From: an uncultured Gammaproteobacteria bacterium
GTDB lineage: Bacteria; Patescibacteriota; Microgenomatia; Levybacterales; UBA12049
Length of the DNA stretch: 64,000 nucleotides
Assembly: GCA_964564035.1 (NCBI GenBank)
Contig: CAZLZN010000004.1
Span: 10,632-74,631, forward strand
Direction of reading: 5' to 3'
Part shown: piece by piece, positions 43,574 to 53,223 of the stretch
Position numbering within the stretch: position 1 is the stretch's first letter
Layout: each line of letters starts with the position of its first letter
Program-made: the position numbers and the translations under genes
Notes under the pieces: model-generated
What the model saw: only the letters and a program-made list of their open reading frames with translations
What the model was told of the DNA's origin: nothing
Databases searched by the model: none

Positions 43574-45589
43574 ATGGAACAGGATAAAGGGCAAAAGGGA
43601 GAAATTTCGACGCCGCAAATCGATTTTAGTCTGGAGATGGTTCGAAACTCGGCGCTTGATCATAGATTGAGGGCCAAAGCAGCTGACGCGGTGATTCTGG
43701 GTTCCAGAATTGACAGCATAATTAGCTTATCTGAGATAAGCAACATTGAAGATATAACCGGAAAAGATGGCAGGTTCTATAGAGACCGAGCTCTTGAAAA
43801 GATATCCGATAAACTAAAAGATAAATCATTAAGTAAACCGGAGATAATAGAACTTCGAGAAATTGAGGCAAAAACAGCACTTCAGCAGGCATTGGAGCCT
43901 GAAGATAACTTTGACTGGCGCTCCAAGTTGAGCGACTTTGCCAACAATCAAGATCCTCAAATAGAAATAAACGAAAAAACCAGGTGTGAGCTGCGAAAAC
44001 TTGCGCATGGACCAACTGACACTGTTTGGACTGGCAGAATAAGATCTATAACACATAATCTGTTTACGGGAAAAGAAAATAATTTGTTTATTAAAGTTAT
44101 GCCGATCGTTACCAGGAATCCGGACGGATCACGTACGCCTTATAGCTATTACGCACAAGCTGTTGAGGCAACAATTGATGCGGAGATGCGGAGATCACCT
44201 AACCCTGATTATAAGCCGGTTTTGGAGAGCATGAAAGAACGTTTTTCCGAAGCATCGTATGAAAATCATACTGCATATCTTAAATCACTTGAACATATTA
44301 CCCCGGAAATGCGCGAGGCGCTGAGTGAAGATACTGAATACAGGACAGCTCTGGCAGAAAAATTTATGCAAAACAAAGAATTTCACAAGGCAGAGAGCCT
44401 GATGGATAAGCTTGCGAATAATGACAGAATAAGAGCTCTCAGGACGAGGAATTATCTTTTTCTGGCAGAGCAGGCAGATAAATCCGAAGACGCTTCCAAA
44501 TATATCAGAGAAGCGATGACAAGCTCCGTAGCACTTGAAGTCATACCTGTAATCGGGGGCGAAGGAATTGGTAAATACACCAGGGAAATTGCAAATAAAT
44601 ATCCTAATCAACCAGAACTTATTAGGCCACTACAGATTATGGAAGCCAGAAGCTTTTTGGGGCGCGCAAATCCCGATACGGAAGCGGCGGGCAGAAAAAT
44701 AAAAGAAGCACTTGGCGCACCGAACGATTTTGATATTTCTAATACCGATGTCTTTGTTGAAAAAACAGAACAAATAGTCGATAAAAAAGTCCGGCAGTCA
44801 TTGATTCTTGCTTCGATAGAATACTTATCAGCCAAATCCAAAACAGAAAGCGCGGAAAAGAGCGCCGGCAAATATACCGCACAAATTGAATCATTGGCGA
44901 CCCAATTACAGACGAGCTTCATGGAGTCTTATGCCGAAAAATCGACTGAGCGCAAACACGATAATCTGAGACTGGATGTATCGGATACGTTGAGCAGAGT
45001 TTGGGGTCTACAGGTTGAATCAGGCTGTGATATAACGCGGCTCAAGGAAAATATAATTCACGGTGCCGACAAATTGGGTCTAGATATCCCTGAAATACCT
45101 GCTATAAAGAGGATCAATGAATTAGAAGACAAAGTCCAGCAGGAAAGGCACAAATCAGAACTAACAGGCAGACTTTCGAGAATTACCGATAATCTCGATT
45201 CTGCAAGCATTGAAGATTTGAATTTTACATTGGGACATGCGGATAAAATTGAAAAAGAAAAATTGAAAGATATTACTGATAAAGCACGAAATAAAGTTGA
45301 AATATCCGATGGAGAGCTAAAAAATAACGGGATTGAAGTTATTAAATTACTTGATGCTTATATGACCCAGTTCCAAAATGCCCGAGCGGATGAGAAAGAG
45401 AGCCGCAGAATACCGGGTCTGATAAACAGTATATTGCCGTTTGCGCAGGCAGTCTACGCGGCAACATATCAAGACGAAGCCAAATCTCAAAAAATTGCGA
45501 AAGCTATTGTTGAATTAAATAATGCCAAGGATGTTTTGCCTACAGTTAAGAAGGGCGGGTCATTTTTCAGAAGATTTTTGAAGCGGTAA
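43574..45589 (+). CDS. hypothetical 671-aa all-helical cytoplasmic protein (orphan operon gene 3)
   Basis: Long ORF with coding-like composition. No TM, signal or catalytic motif recognised. Its stop is 2 nt from the convergent dnaB stop. Confidence 0.7.
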   Translation: MEQDKGQKGEISTPQIDFSLEMVRNSALDHRLRAKAADAVILGSRIDSIISLSEISNIEDITGKDGRFYRDRALEKISDKLKDKSLSKPEIIELREIEAKTALQQALEPEDNFDWRSKLSDFANNQDPQIEINEKTRCELRKLAHGPTDTVWTGRIRSITHNLFTGKENNLFIKVMPIVTRNPDGSRTPYSYYAQAVEATIDAEMRRSPNPDYKPVLESMKERFSEASYENHTAYLKSLEHITPEMREALSEDTEYRTALAEKFMQNKEFHKAESLMDKLANNDRIRALRTRNYLFLAEQADKSEDASKYIREAMTSSVALEVIPVIGGEGIGKYTREIANKYPNQPELIRPLQIMEARSFLGRANPDTEAAGRKIKEALGAPNDFDISNTDVFVEKTEQIVDKKVRQSLILASIEYLSAKSKTESAEKSAGKYTAQIESLATQLQTSFMESYAEKSTERKHDNLRLDVSDTLSRVWGLQVESGCDITRLKENIIHGADKLGLDIPEIPAIKRINELEDKVQQERHKSELTGRLSRITDNLDSASIEDLNFTLGHADKIEKEKLKDITDKARNKVEISDGELKNNGIEVIKLLDAYMTQFQNARADEKESRRIPGLINSILPFAQAVYAATYQDEAKSQKIAKAIVELNNAKDVLPTVKKGGSFFRRFLKR

Positions 45590-45591
45590 AA

Positions 45592-46917
45592 TTAATTTTC
45601 TGCCGGACGGGATTTTTCGATATTACTAAACCTGATCCTGTTACCCATAAACATGAGATCTATCTCCCCTGTCGGGCCGTTGCGGTGCTTGGCGATCAAT
45701 AATTTAACGGGAACCTGAGGAGTTGTGACTTCCGCGTCGGGGCGGTAAATAAACATAACAACGTCCGCGTCCTGCTCGATAGCGCCGGACTCACGAAGGT
45801 CTGCCAGCTGGGGACGACGCTCTCCCCTATGCTCGACGGCACGCGATAACTGTGACGCCGCGAGTACGGGGACGTTTAGCTCACGAGCGAGATTCTTGAG
45901 GGCCTGAGAGACCATTGAAACCTCCTGCACCCTATTGTCGTATTTCCGACCGGGATCGACGAGCTGTAAGTAATCGACGATCAAAAGCCCCAGTTTGTTT
46001 TCCATTTGCAGACGACGGGCTTTGCTTCTCATTTCAAGTATTGTTAGACCCGGGGTGTCATCTATATAAAGAGGCGCGTCCGCAAGCTCCCCCATTGCTT
46101 TGGAGAGCTTGATAAAGTCATCCTCAGTCAGGCGGCCTGTTTTGAGACGCCATGCATCGATATCCGATTGTGAAATCAAAAACCTGTCGACAAGCTCTTC
46201 CTTGCTCATTTCAAGTGAAAATATACCGACCGGGACTTTGTCACGAAGTGCTATGTGCTGTGCGATATTTAGTACAAGAGCGGTTTTGCCCTGACCCGGC
46301 CTTGCGGCGAGAATGAGTAAATTGCTTTTTTGCATACCGGACAAGATATTGTCCAAATCATAAAATCCCGTTCTGACTCCGCGCATTCCACTGCCATGTT
46401 TTTGAAGTTCATCAATTCTATCAAAACTTTCGGTAAGCGTTGACTTGATCGGGACAAAGCCTCCTTTGAGATGTTTTTGTGATATGGAAAAAATCGAAGA
46501 CTCGGCAACATCCAAAATTTCTTTGACATCTTTTTCCTCGGAATATCCCATTTCCATAACTCCGTTACCGGCATGGATAAGTTCTCTTTTGGTCGAGTTT
46601 TCTTTGACTATTTTGGCATAAGACTCGACATTGACCGCCGTTACGACGGAATCGGCTAGATCTGTAATATATTGTGTTTCTACTTTTTTGATAGTTTTGT
46701 TTTTTTTGATAGCTTCGGTGAGCGTGAGCAAGTCGATCGGTTGTCTTACTTCATAAAGTGCAAGCATTGCTTCATAAATTGCGGAGTTCATTTCCGAGTA
46801 AAAATCCTTGGGAAGAAGAATTTCGGACACCGGGACGATAGCGTCTTTGTCAATCAAAATCGCGCCCAGAACGTTCTGTTCGGCAGTTTCATTGTGAGGT
46901 AAGGATCGGATGGCCAT
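45592..46917 (-). CDS. dnaB: replicative DNA helicase
   Basis: N-terminus ..LPHNETAEQNVLGAIL... Walker A ARPGQGKTALVLN. ..LLIVDYLQL.. and ..SQLSRAVE.. motifs. No intein. Confidence 0.95.
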   Translation of the reverse strand: MAIRSLPHNETAEQNVLGAILIDKDAIVPVSEILLPKDFYSEMNSAIYEAMLALYEVRQPIDLLTLTEAIKKNKTIKKVETQYITDLADSVVTAVNVESYAKIVKENSTKRELIHAGNGVMEMGYSEEKDVKEILDVAESSIFSISQKHLKGGFVPIKSTLTESFDRIDELQKHGSGMRGVRTGFYDLDNILSGMQKSNLLILAARPGQGKTALVLNIAQHIALRDKVPVGIFSLEMSKEELVDRFLISQSDIDAWRLKTGRLTEDDFIKLSKAMGELADAPLYIDDTPGLTILEMRSKARRLQMENKLGLLIVDYLQLVDPGRKYDNRVQEVSMVSQALKNLARELNVPVLAASQLSRAVEHRGERRPQLADLRESGAIEQDADVVMFIYRPDAEVTTPQVPVKLLIAKHRNGPTGEIDLMFMGNRIRFSNIEKSRPAEN

Positions 46918-46920
46918 AAA

Positions 46921-46976
46921 TAAAAATCAAAACTCAAAGTGCAAAATGCAAAACTACAAATCAAAATTTAAAAACT
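46921..46976. repeat. heptamer array (taaaaat caaaact caaagtg caaaatg caaaact acaaatc aaaattt aaaaact) forming the dnaB 5' leader
   Basis: Eight 7-nt units in phase, beginning 4 nt from the dnaB start codon. No SD sequence is present. Confidence 0.8.
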
Positions 46977-47070
46977 AAATCCATATTCAAACTATTCATC
47001 ACTGCTTCAGATCAATGTGTTTTTTGGATGTTCAGGCTATTTGCTTAAATTGAAACGTATAATTTGCAAC

Positions 47071-47583
47071 TTATTCCAGTATTATTGTCTCCACTTCTTG
47101 CGGTAGTTTATCAAGAGTGATGACGTATTTATCGGTTGCTTGAGAGCTGCCTTTGCCGAATGAGGCAGCCAGATCTTTTGAGTGACTGCCATAAAAAAGA
47201 ACCGTATTGGAGGCAAGGGACGTAACAAATGAAGAGTTGGTCATGGCGTCAGCATAAGATATGACAATATTGTGTTCGTTTAATTTGTGCTGAAGTTTTT
47301 CGAGCGAAGTTATTGAGCCAAGCAGAATTTCGATGCCGTCAATAATAACGGTGTAGACCATACCGCTTGTGCTTCTGAGTCCGCTGATTTTCGCTCCGCC
47401 TACTTCATATTCTCCGGGGCCGTATATGAACAGCGTTTCGGGATTTTTGGCACTCAGCTTGTCTTGAGGAAGATTCAGCAGTATGACAGCCGGAGTATTT
47501 ATTTTGTCGGCAGAGTCTACAGCAATTGATACTTTTTTGCCTTTTATTTTTAAAGAATTACCATTTACGAGCGCAATTTCCAT
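47071..47583 (-). CDS. hypothetical protein (possibly a degenerate MBL-fold-like protein)
   Basis: 170 aa. ..IYGPGEYEVGGAKISGL.. resembles UPF0173/MBL-fold family members, but no HxHxDH motif is present. Confidence 0.5.
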   Translation of the reverse strand: MEIALVNGNSLKIKGKKVSIAVDSADKINTPAVILLNLPQDKLSAKNPETLFIYGPGEYEVGGAKISGLRSTSGMVYTVIIDGIEILLGSITSLEKLQHKLNEHNIVISYADAMTNSSFVTSLASNTVLFYGSHSKDLAASFGKGSSQATDKYVITLDKLPQEVETIILE

Positions 47584-47682
47584 GTATTACATCCTAACAT
47601 ATACTCCCCATTATTGACAATAGGATGCATTTGACGTATCATCAACTCGAGATTAATTTTTCTGCACCGCCGGTTATTTCCT

Positions 47683-48120
47683 ATGAAACTCGAGAAAGTT
47701 ATTTTGTCTGTTATTGCTATTATTGTCGGTCTTATCGCGGCCGCGATTGCCTTCTATTTGTATCAAATGACCAAGACGCTTCCTGAATCAGATAACAAAC
47801 CTATAACCGTAAATAATACAATAAACACCCCTACACCAACACCCAATGATGATAATTTTCTAACCGTAGACAATCCGAAAGACGAAAGCGTTTATGATAC
47901 TAAGACAATTAAAATATCGGGCAAGACTTTACCGAACTCGACAGTAATAGTTTCCAGCGAAAGCAACAGTCAGGTAGTAACTCCGGCGCAAAATGGAGAC
48001 TTCAGCTTGAATGAGACTATCGGAGAAGGGACGAGTATAATTAAAATAACGTCAATATTTCCAAACGGTGAAGAAAAACAAGTAACCAGAACGGTAACTT
48101 ATACTACATCTAATTTCTAA
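47683..48120 (+). CDS. hypothetical membrane-anchored extracytoplasmic protein
   Basis: N-terminal TM helix (VILSVIAIIVGLIAAAIAFYLY), a PTPTP linker and a beta-rich C-terminal domain. Confidence 0.6.
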   Translation: MKLEKVILSVIAIIVGLIAAAIAFYLYQMTKTLPESDNKPITVNNTINTPTPTPNDDNFLTVDNPKDESVYDTKTIKISGKTLPNSTVIVSSESNSQVVTPAQNGDFSLNETIGEGTSIIKITSIFPNGEEKQVTRTVTYTTSNF

Positions 48121-48122
48121 AT

Positions 48123-48896
48123 ATGAAAAAAATAATCGGAATAAATTTGATTTTGGTTTTAATTTTATTTACAAGCGCGTCTTGCGCCAAAGCGGCTGTA
48201 CCCTCGGAAAAACCTGTCGTCTCTACCGCATCGGCACAAAAGGATGTTGGAGAAAAATTGAATCAGCAAATCAATCAGTTAAAAGAGCGCATCGCGTCAC
48301 GCGTAGCAGAGCTTAATCTGGTTGAGAAGAGAGGGTTTATAGGAACAGTAACAGAAGCATCTGACACACAAGTCAAACTAACAGACTTAAATGGGAAAAC
48401 CAGATTCATTGACGTAGATGAGATAACAAAATTTACATCTCCGGATGACAAGAATTTTGGAATATCGGATCTCTCAAAAAATACCAGAGTCAGCGTAGTC
48501 GGACTTTATAACAAACAATCACAAAGAATATTAGCCCGATTTATCGATGAGGTTAGCATGCCGGCATTCTTGTCGGGAACTATAACAGAAGTTGATAAAA
48601 AGAATTTTGTAGTCACTATTTCGACTATGGATAATAAAGAAAAACGTATAGATATAGAAACGTCAACAAAGATCAATTCCTATTCAAAGGAATCAGATAT
48701 AGAGCGAAGCGGTTTTTCAAAGCTGCAAGCCGGGGACAGAATCATAGCGACCGGATTTGAGAATAAAAACGATAAAGATCTCTATACCGGCACATTGATC
48801 CTCCAGCTTCCGGATGCTCCTCAGGATCCAAAAATCAAACTAGCGCAACCAACAACTGCTGAAAAAACAAAAGCGGCTACAAAATCCGGGAGATAA
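48123..48896 (+). CDS. hypothetical secreted protein
   Basis: Signal peptide MKKIIGINLILVLILFTSASCAKA. Lies 2 nt after the previous gene. Confidence 0.6.
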   Translation: MKKIIGINLILVLILFTSASCAKAAVPSEKPVVSTASAQKDVGEKLNQQINQLKERIASRVAELNLVEKRGFIGTVTEASDTQVKLTDLNGKTRFIDVDEITKFTSPDDKNFGISDLSKNTRVSVVGLYNKQSQRILARFIDEVSMPAFLSGTITEVDKKNFVVTISTMDNKEKRIDIETSTKINSYSKESDIERSGFSKLQAGDRIIATGFENKNDKDLYTGTLILQLPDAPQDPKIKLAQPTTAEKTKAATKSGR

Positions 48897-48900
48897 ACAT

Positions 48901-49689
48901 TTAGGATCCGTGATTAATATAAGCAGTTTTTATAATCTCAGCAATCTCTTCAGGATCATCGGATAACTTAATCAAATTATAGTCATCCTCATTAATTTTC
49001 CCGGTCGCGAGGACTTTGTGCTTGATCCAATCGAGAAGTCCCGACCAGTAATCCTTGCCGAATAAAATAAGCGGGAAATTGTGAATTTTTTTTGTCTCAA
49101 TAAGAGTCAGTGACTCGAAAAGTTCATCCAGCGTACCGAAGCCGCCGGGGAAAATAACAAAAGCTTCGGCGTATTTTACGAACATCATTTTGCGGACAAA
49201 AAAATAATGGAATTTTATAGAAATGTCGAGATACTTATTTTCGGATTGCTCAAAGGGTAAATCAATATTACAGCCTATCGAAACACCTCCTGCTTCGCGG
49301 GCACCTTTGTTCGCGGCCTCCATGGCTCCGGGACCGCCGCCGGTAATGATACCAAATCCTGCCTGCGCGACCAGTTTGGCAGTGCGTGTAATTTTGTCAT
49401 ACATCGGATCTTCGCGGTCAAGTCTGGCGGAGCCAAAAAAGGTAACTGAGGGAGGAATGCTTGACAGAGCCCCATACCCGCTTACCATTTCGCTCATGAC
49501 ACGCAGTACCCGCCAGGGATCCGTCTCGGTAAAGTCCATATGCAGGAGTTTTTCTCGTTCATCTATTTCGTGATCAAGTTGTTCTCTAAATTCGGGACTA
49601 TCAATGTGGACCAAGGGTTTTTTTGGACGCCTGAGTGATTTTTCGTCTTCGGTGAGGTGTCTTCTGTCTGTTCGTCTAAACGAGGGCAT
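48901..49689 (-). CDS. LOG family (TIGR00730) nucleotide phosphoribohydrolase
   Basis: ..ITGGGPGAMEAANKGA.. and ..PGGFGTLDELFE.. motifs. Confidence 0.85.
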   Translation of the reverse strand: MPSFRRTDRRHLTEDEKSLRRPKKPLVHIDSPEFREQLDHEIDEREKLLHMDFTETDPWRVLRVMSEMVSGYGALSSIPPSVTFFGSARLDREDPMYDKITRTAKLVAQAGFGIITGGGPGAMEAANKGAREAGGVSIGCNIDLPFEQSENKYLDISIKFHYFFVRKMMFVKYAEAFVIFPGGFGTLDELFESLTLIETKKIHNFPLILFGKDYWSGLLDWIKHKVLATGKINEDDYNLIKLSDDPEEIAEIIKTAYINHGS

Positions 49690-49727
49690 GAATTAATTAT
49701 AGATCTTATTGAATACTATTTCTACTA

Positions 49728-50333
49728 TCAAGACCAAGACCTGAAGCCTTTGTCTAAGCGGCCAGGATAAGTTGCAAATCCGGGAACAGCATATATACCC
49801 GCAGTGCTAAAGGTTTTTAGAACTTCAGCTACACATCCGTATAAGTGGTATTTTTTTCTTAATGGATGACTATTACACAAAGGCATTGCGATATCTCTTC
49901 TTTTTAACCACAAATTACTGCCTGAAACTGTGGCCCTTCTAAGCCCTGCATCTTTTAATTTTCTGGAAAAGTCCAATAGATCGGTTCCCTGCGGCATAGG
50001 ATCTGCATGCTTAGTTTCCACCATATAAATATCAGCCGGCTCTACTTTCAGGCGTTTAAATATAACCCCCAAACCGTCGCTTATGGGATGACCTTCCATG
50101 AATACGATGGGTATTTTTAAACTTTGGTATTTTGAAACAGATTTTTCTAGTCTCTCTCTATAAACTGCATAATTATTAGTGAGACCATGCGTAATTTCAG
50201 GGAAAAAAGGATGAACGATAATTAATGCAGATCCATTTGAACTTTCTAAAGATTTCTGAAAATTCGCTATGCCTGCCGTATTTATTAGATCGCGCTTCTT
50301 ATCAACTAGCACTGATGCAGGTAACTTTTCCAT
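49728..50333 (-). CDS. hypothetical protein
   Basis: 201-aa ORF, no motif recognised. Confidence 0.5.
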   Translation of the reverse strand: MEKLPASVLVDKKRDLINTAGIANFQKSLESSNGSALIIVHPFFPEITHGLTNNYAVYRERLEKSVSKYQSLKIPIVFMEGHPISDGLGVIFKRLKVEPADIYMVETKHADPMPQGTDLLDFSRKLKDAGLRRATVSGSNLWLKRRDIAMPLCNSHPLRKKYHLYGCVAEVLKTFSTAGIYAVPGFATYPGRLDKGFRSWS

Positions 50334-50402
50334 GTCTCATAGTATATCTCATGACCGGCTTTTTGACAATTTATTCTTGAATTTGATAAAGTCATTCTAA
50401 AT

Positions 50403-51512
50403 ATGAACAGATATTTGAAGCAAAGAATATTTGAGCTTAGAAAACTAATGAATACCCAGGCGACCGGCGCTGTGCTAATCTCGTCGGTTCCCGACATAAT
50501 TTATTTGACTGATTTTTCCTATTTCTCAAACGCTGAGCGGGAGGGGTATTTATTTATTACAAAAAACGCGCAGTATATTTTGACCGACGGGCGGTATTCT
50601 CATGCAGTACGCGAAAATGTAAAAGACTTTGAACTGATCGAGATTAGCACGAAGAATAGATTTAATGACATAATAAAACGTCTATGTGACGATCATAAAA
50701 TAGAAAAGCTTGGGATTGACGAGCAAAGCCTAAGCGTTTTTGAGCATAAAAAACTTAATGGAATAAATACTCAGCATTTCACAATAAGTTCCTTAAGGGC
50801 AATTAAGGATGTTGCAGAAATTGAATGTATAAAAAAAGCATGCGAAATCGGAGACAGGGCTTTTTCGAAAATAGTAAATCATCTAAAGACCGGAATTACA
50901 GAGAAAGAAATTGAGATAAGTCTGGAAAGAATAATCAAAGAAGATATTGCGGAGTTTTCTTTTCCGGCAATTGTCGCGTTTGGTGAAAATTCTGCTGTTC
51001 CTCATCACAAAACAGGCAACCGGAAGCTGAAAATGAATGAGTTTGTGCTAATTGATTTTGGTGTTAAGTATAAAAATTATTGTTCGGACATGACAAGAAC
51101 GGTGTTCTACGGACGGGCAAGCGAGGAGCAAAAAAAGGTATATCAAACTGTTTTAGAAGCCCAACAAGAAGCAATTCAAATTTTCAATTTTCAATTTTCA
51201 ATTTTCAATAAAAAAAATAAATTACTAAAAGCATCAAAACTAGATAATGCTGCAAGAAGTTATATAATAGAACATGATTACTCCACAATCCCCCACTCAC
51301 TCGGGCACGGTATCGGGCTTGAAGTTCATGAATCGCCATCGTTGTCTCCGAATTCTAAAGACGAATTGAGGAACGGGATGGTTTTTTCGATCGAGCCGGG
51401 GATATATTTTCCCGGTAAATATGGAGTCAGGATTGAGGACTTGTACGCGGTGCAAGACGATAAACTAGTAAGCTTGACGAGGTCCGACAAGGAACTCATG
51501 AGCTTTATGTAA
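50403..51512 (+). CDS. pepP: Xaa-Pro aminopeptidase (M24B)
   Basis: Metal ligands are in the expected order: ..LIDFG..YCSDMTRT.., ..HSLGHGIGLEVHE.., ..FSIEPG.. and ..VRIEDL... Contains the odd insert IFNFQFSIFNKKNK. Confidence 0.9.
   Translation: MNRYLKQRIFELRKLMNTQATGAVLISSVPDIIYLTDFSYFSNAEREGYLFITKNAQYILTDGRYSHAVRENVKDFELIEISTKNRFNDIIKRLCDDHKIEKLGIDEQSLSVFEHKKLNGINTQHFTISSLRAIKDVAEIECIKKACEIGDRAFSKIVNHLKTGITEKEIEISLERIIKEDIAEFSFPAIVAFGENSAVPHHKTGNRKLKMNEFVLIDFGVKYKNYCSDMTRTVFYGRASEEQKKVYQTVLEAQQEAIQIFNFQFSIFNKKNKLLKASKLDNAARSYIIEHDYSTIPHSLGHGIGLEVHESPSLSPNSKDELRNGMVFSIEPGIYFPGKYGVRIEDLYAVQDDKLVSLTRSDKELMSFM
51174..51208. repeat. heptamer array inside pepP (attcaaa + ttttcaa x4)
   Basis: Exact ttttcaa x4 at 51181-51208, followed by an A8 run. 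Translated as FNFQFSIFN. Confidence 0.85.
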
Positions 51513-51791
51513 GAGCGTTTTTTTCCTCGGCAGCTCATGATGAAAACGCACTCTTTCTCTTCGAACGCTATACTTCGCGTAAAGCATTCCTGCATAATGG
51601 CCTGTGATATCGTGCTGATTAATTTCATCACGGCCTTTCAACTCTATGAAAGAACCTTTGTGGCTGTAAACTATAGTATCCGGAGATGTAACATTGAGGA
51701 GGTGATCTGACCAAGCCCTTTTTTTGCCGACCGGTAATTCCCTGGACCAAACGGGTAGTTTTCCTAAATAAAAAGTTTCGTGGATGCTCAT
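51465..51791 (-). CDS. hypothetical protein (weak call)
   Basis: 108-aa ORF divergent from hisS. Its last 48 nt overlap the pepP 3' end. No motif recognised. Confidence 0.3.
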   Translation of the reverse strand: MSIHETFYLGKLPVWSRELPVGKKRAWSDHLLNVTSPDTIVYSHKGSFIELKGRDEINQHDITGHYAGMLYAKYSVRRERVRFHHELPRKKTLLHKAHEFLVGPRQAY

Positions 51792-51963
51792 TGTGCCGCC
51801 TCCTCTTAGATATTTGGCAACAGCCTGATCATATCACAACTATGCAGTTTCGCAAGTAGTACTGTATTTCGCAAATTTTTACTATGCCATTTGCTAGAAA
51901 TAAAGTATTTTCAACGTATATCAGATTACAAGCCGAAAAACATTTACGAAATACAGCAATAGC

Positions 51964-53193
51964 ATGTATAATAATCTCATGATAACTCCTAAGACTCTCA
52001 AAGGATTCAGGGATTTTCTGCCAAATGAAGCGCGAAAAAGACAATATGTAATCGGTATTTTAAAGTCTGTTTTTGAGCTATATGGATTCGAGCCGCTCGA
52101 GACGCCCGTACTCGAGTATGAAGAGATACTGACAGGCAAATATGGCGATGAGGGAGATAAGCTGATGTACCGGTTTGAAGATCATGGCAAGCGCAGAGTA
52201 GCTATGAGATATGACCAAACAGTGCCGCTTGCACGGGTCGCTTCCCAACACCAGAATGAAATTGTTTTTCCTTTTAAAAGATACCAGATTTCTCCGGTGT
52301 GGAGAGCAGAAAATACGCAGAAGGGGCGGTATCGAGAGTTTTTGCAGTGCGATATTGATACCGTCGGAACCGATTCCATATTATCCGACGCGGAGATTAT
52401 CGCAACCGCAGCAAAAAGCTTGGAAAAACTAGGATTTAAAGAATACAGAATTCTTATAAATGACAGGAAAGTGTTTAAAGGGATAGATCTAAAAGCTGTT
52501 TTGATAATTGATAAGCTGAAAAAAATCGGTGAAGAGGGAGTCAAAAATCAGCTGAATGAAGCCGGGTTTGATCATAAATTATTTGATGAAGTAAAGAATT
52601 CTACAATAAGCGACGGGTTGTCTTCGATTATTCAGCTAGTCAAAAAATCAGGTATTGGAGAAAAAAATCTGGTTTACTCCCCTACTCTTGCCCGGGGGCT
52701 TGATTATTATACAGGTATGATTTTTGAGATAGAAATTGACGGTTTTGCTACCGGATCAATTGGCGGGGGGGGGCGATATAATAATTTGATAGGGATCTTC
52801 GCGGGGCATGAGATACCGGCTATCGGGTTTGCTTTCGGGTTTGACAGAACAATCGAAGCAATGGATGCGCTTAACCTTTTCCCCGAATATTTAGCAGAGT
52901 CATCATCTGGATTGCTTGTGACGATTTTTTCCGATGAGTTGAGAAATAAGTCATTGGAGATTTGCAATCAACTTCGCGCGAATAAAATTAATTGTGAAAT
53001 ATTTATGTGTGAGATCAAGGAAAAAAACCCGCTTGAGAAACAACTCAAATACGCAGATCAGAAAAAGATACCGTATGCTTTGATCGTAGGTCCTGAGGAA
53101 GCTGAAAAAAATGTGTATACTCTAAAAAATTTGAAAACACGCGAGCAGACGCAGTACAACGCCGATCAGCTAATTTCATTTCTCCGGAAATAA
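51964..53193 (+). CDS. hisS: histidine--tRNA ligase
   Basis: ..LKGFRDFLP.., ..YRFEDHGKRRVAMRYDQTVPLAR.., ..RYREFLQCDID.. and ..GGGGRYNNL... The start may be ATG 51979 (MITPKTLKG..), which lies 6 nt after a TATAAT (51967-51972). Confidence 0.95.
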   Translation: MYNNLMITPKTLKGFRDFLPNEARKRQYVIGILKSVFELYGFEPLETPVLEYEEILTGKYGDEGDKLMYRFEDHGKRRVAMRYDQTVPLARVASQHQNEIVFPFKRYQISPVWRAENTQKGRYREFLQCDIDTVGTDSILSDAEIIATAAKSLEKLGFKEYRILINDRKVFKGIDLKAVLIIDKLKKIGEEGVKNQLNEAGFDHKLFDEVKNSTISDGLSSIIQLVKKSGIGEKNLVYSPTLARGLDYYTGMIFEIEIDGFATGSIGGGGRYNNLIGIFAGHEIPAIGFAFGFDRTIEAMDALNLFPEYLAESSSGLLVTIFSDELRNKSLEICNQLRANKINCEIFMCEIKEKNPLEKQLKYADQKKIPYALIVGPEEAEKNVYTLKNLKTREQTQYNADQLISFLRK

Positions 53194-53223
53194 GTGCTAT
53201 ATTGGTATTAGTCTTCATTTTTT

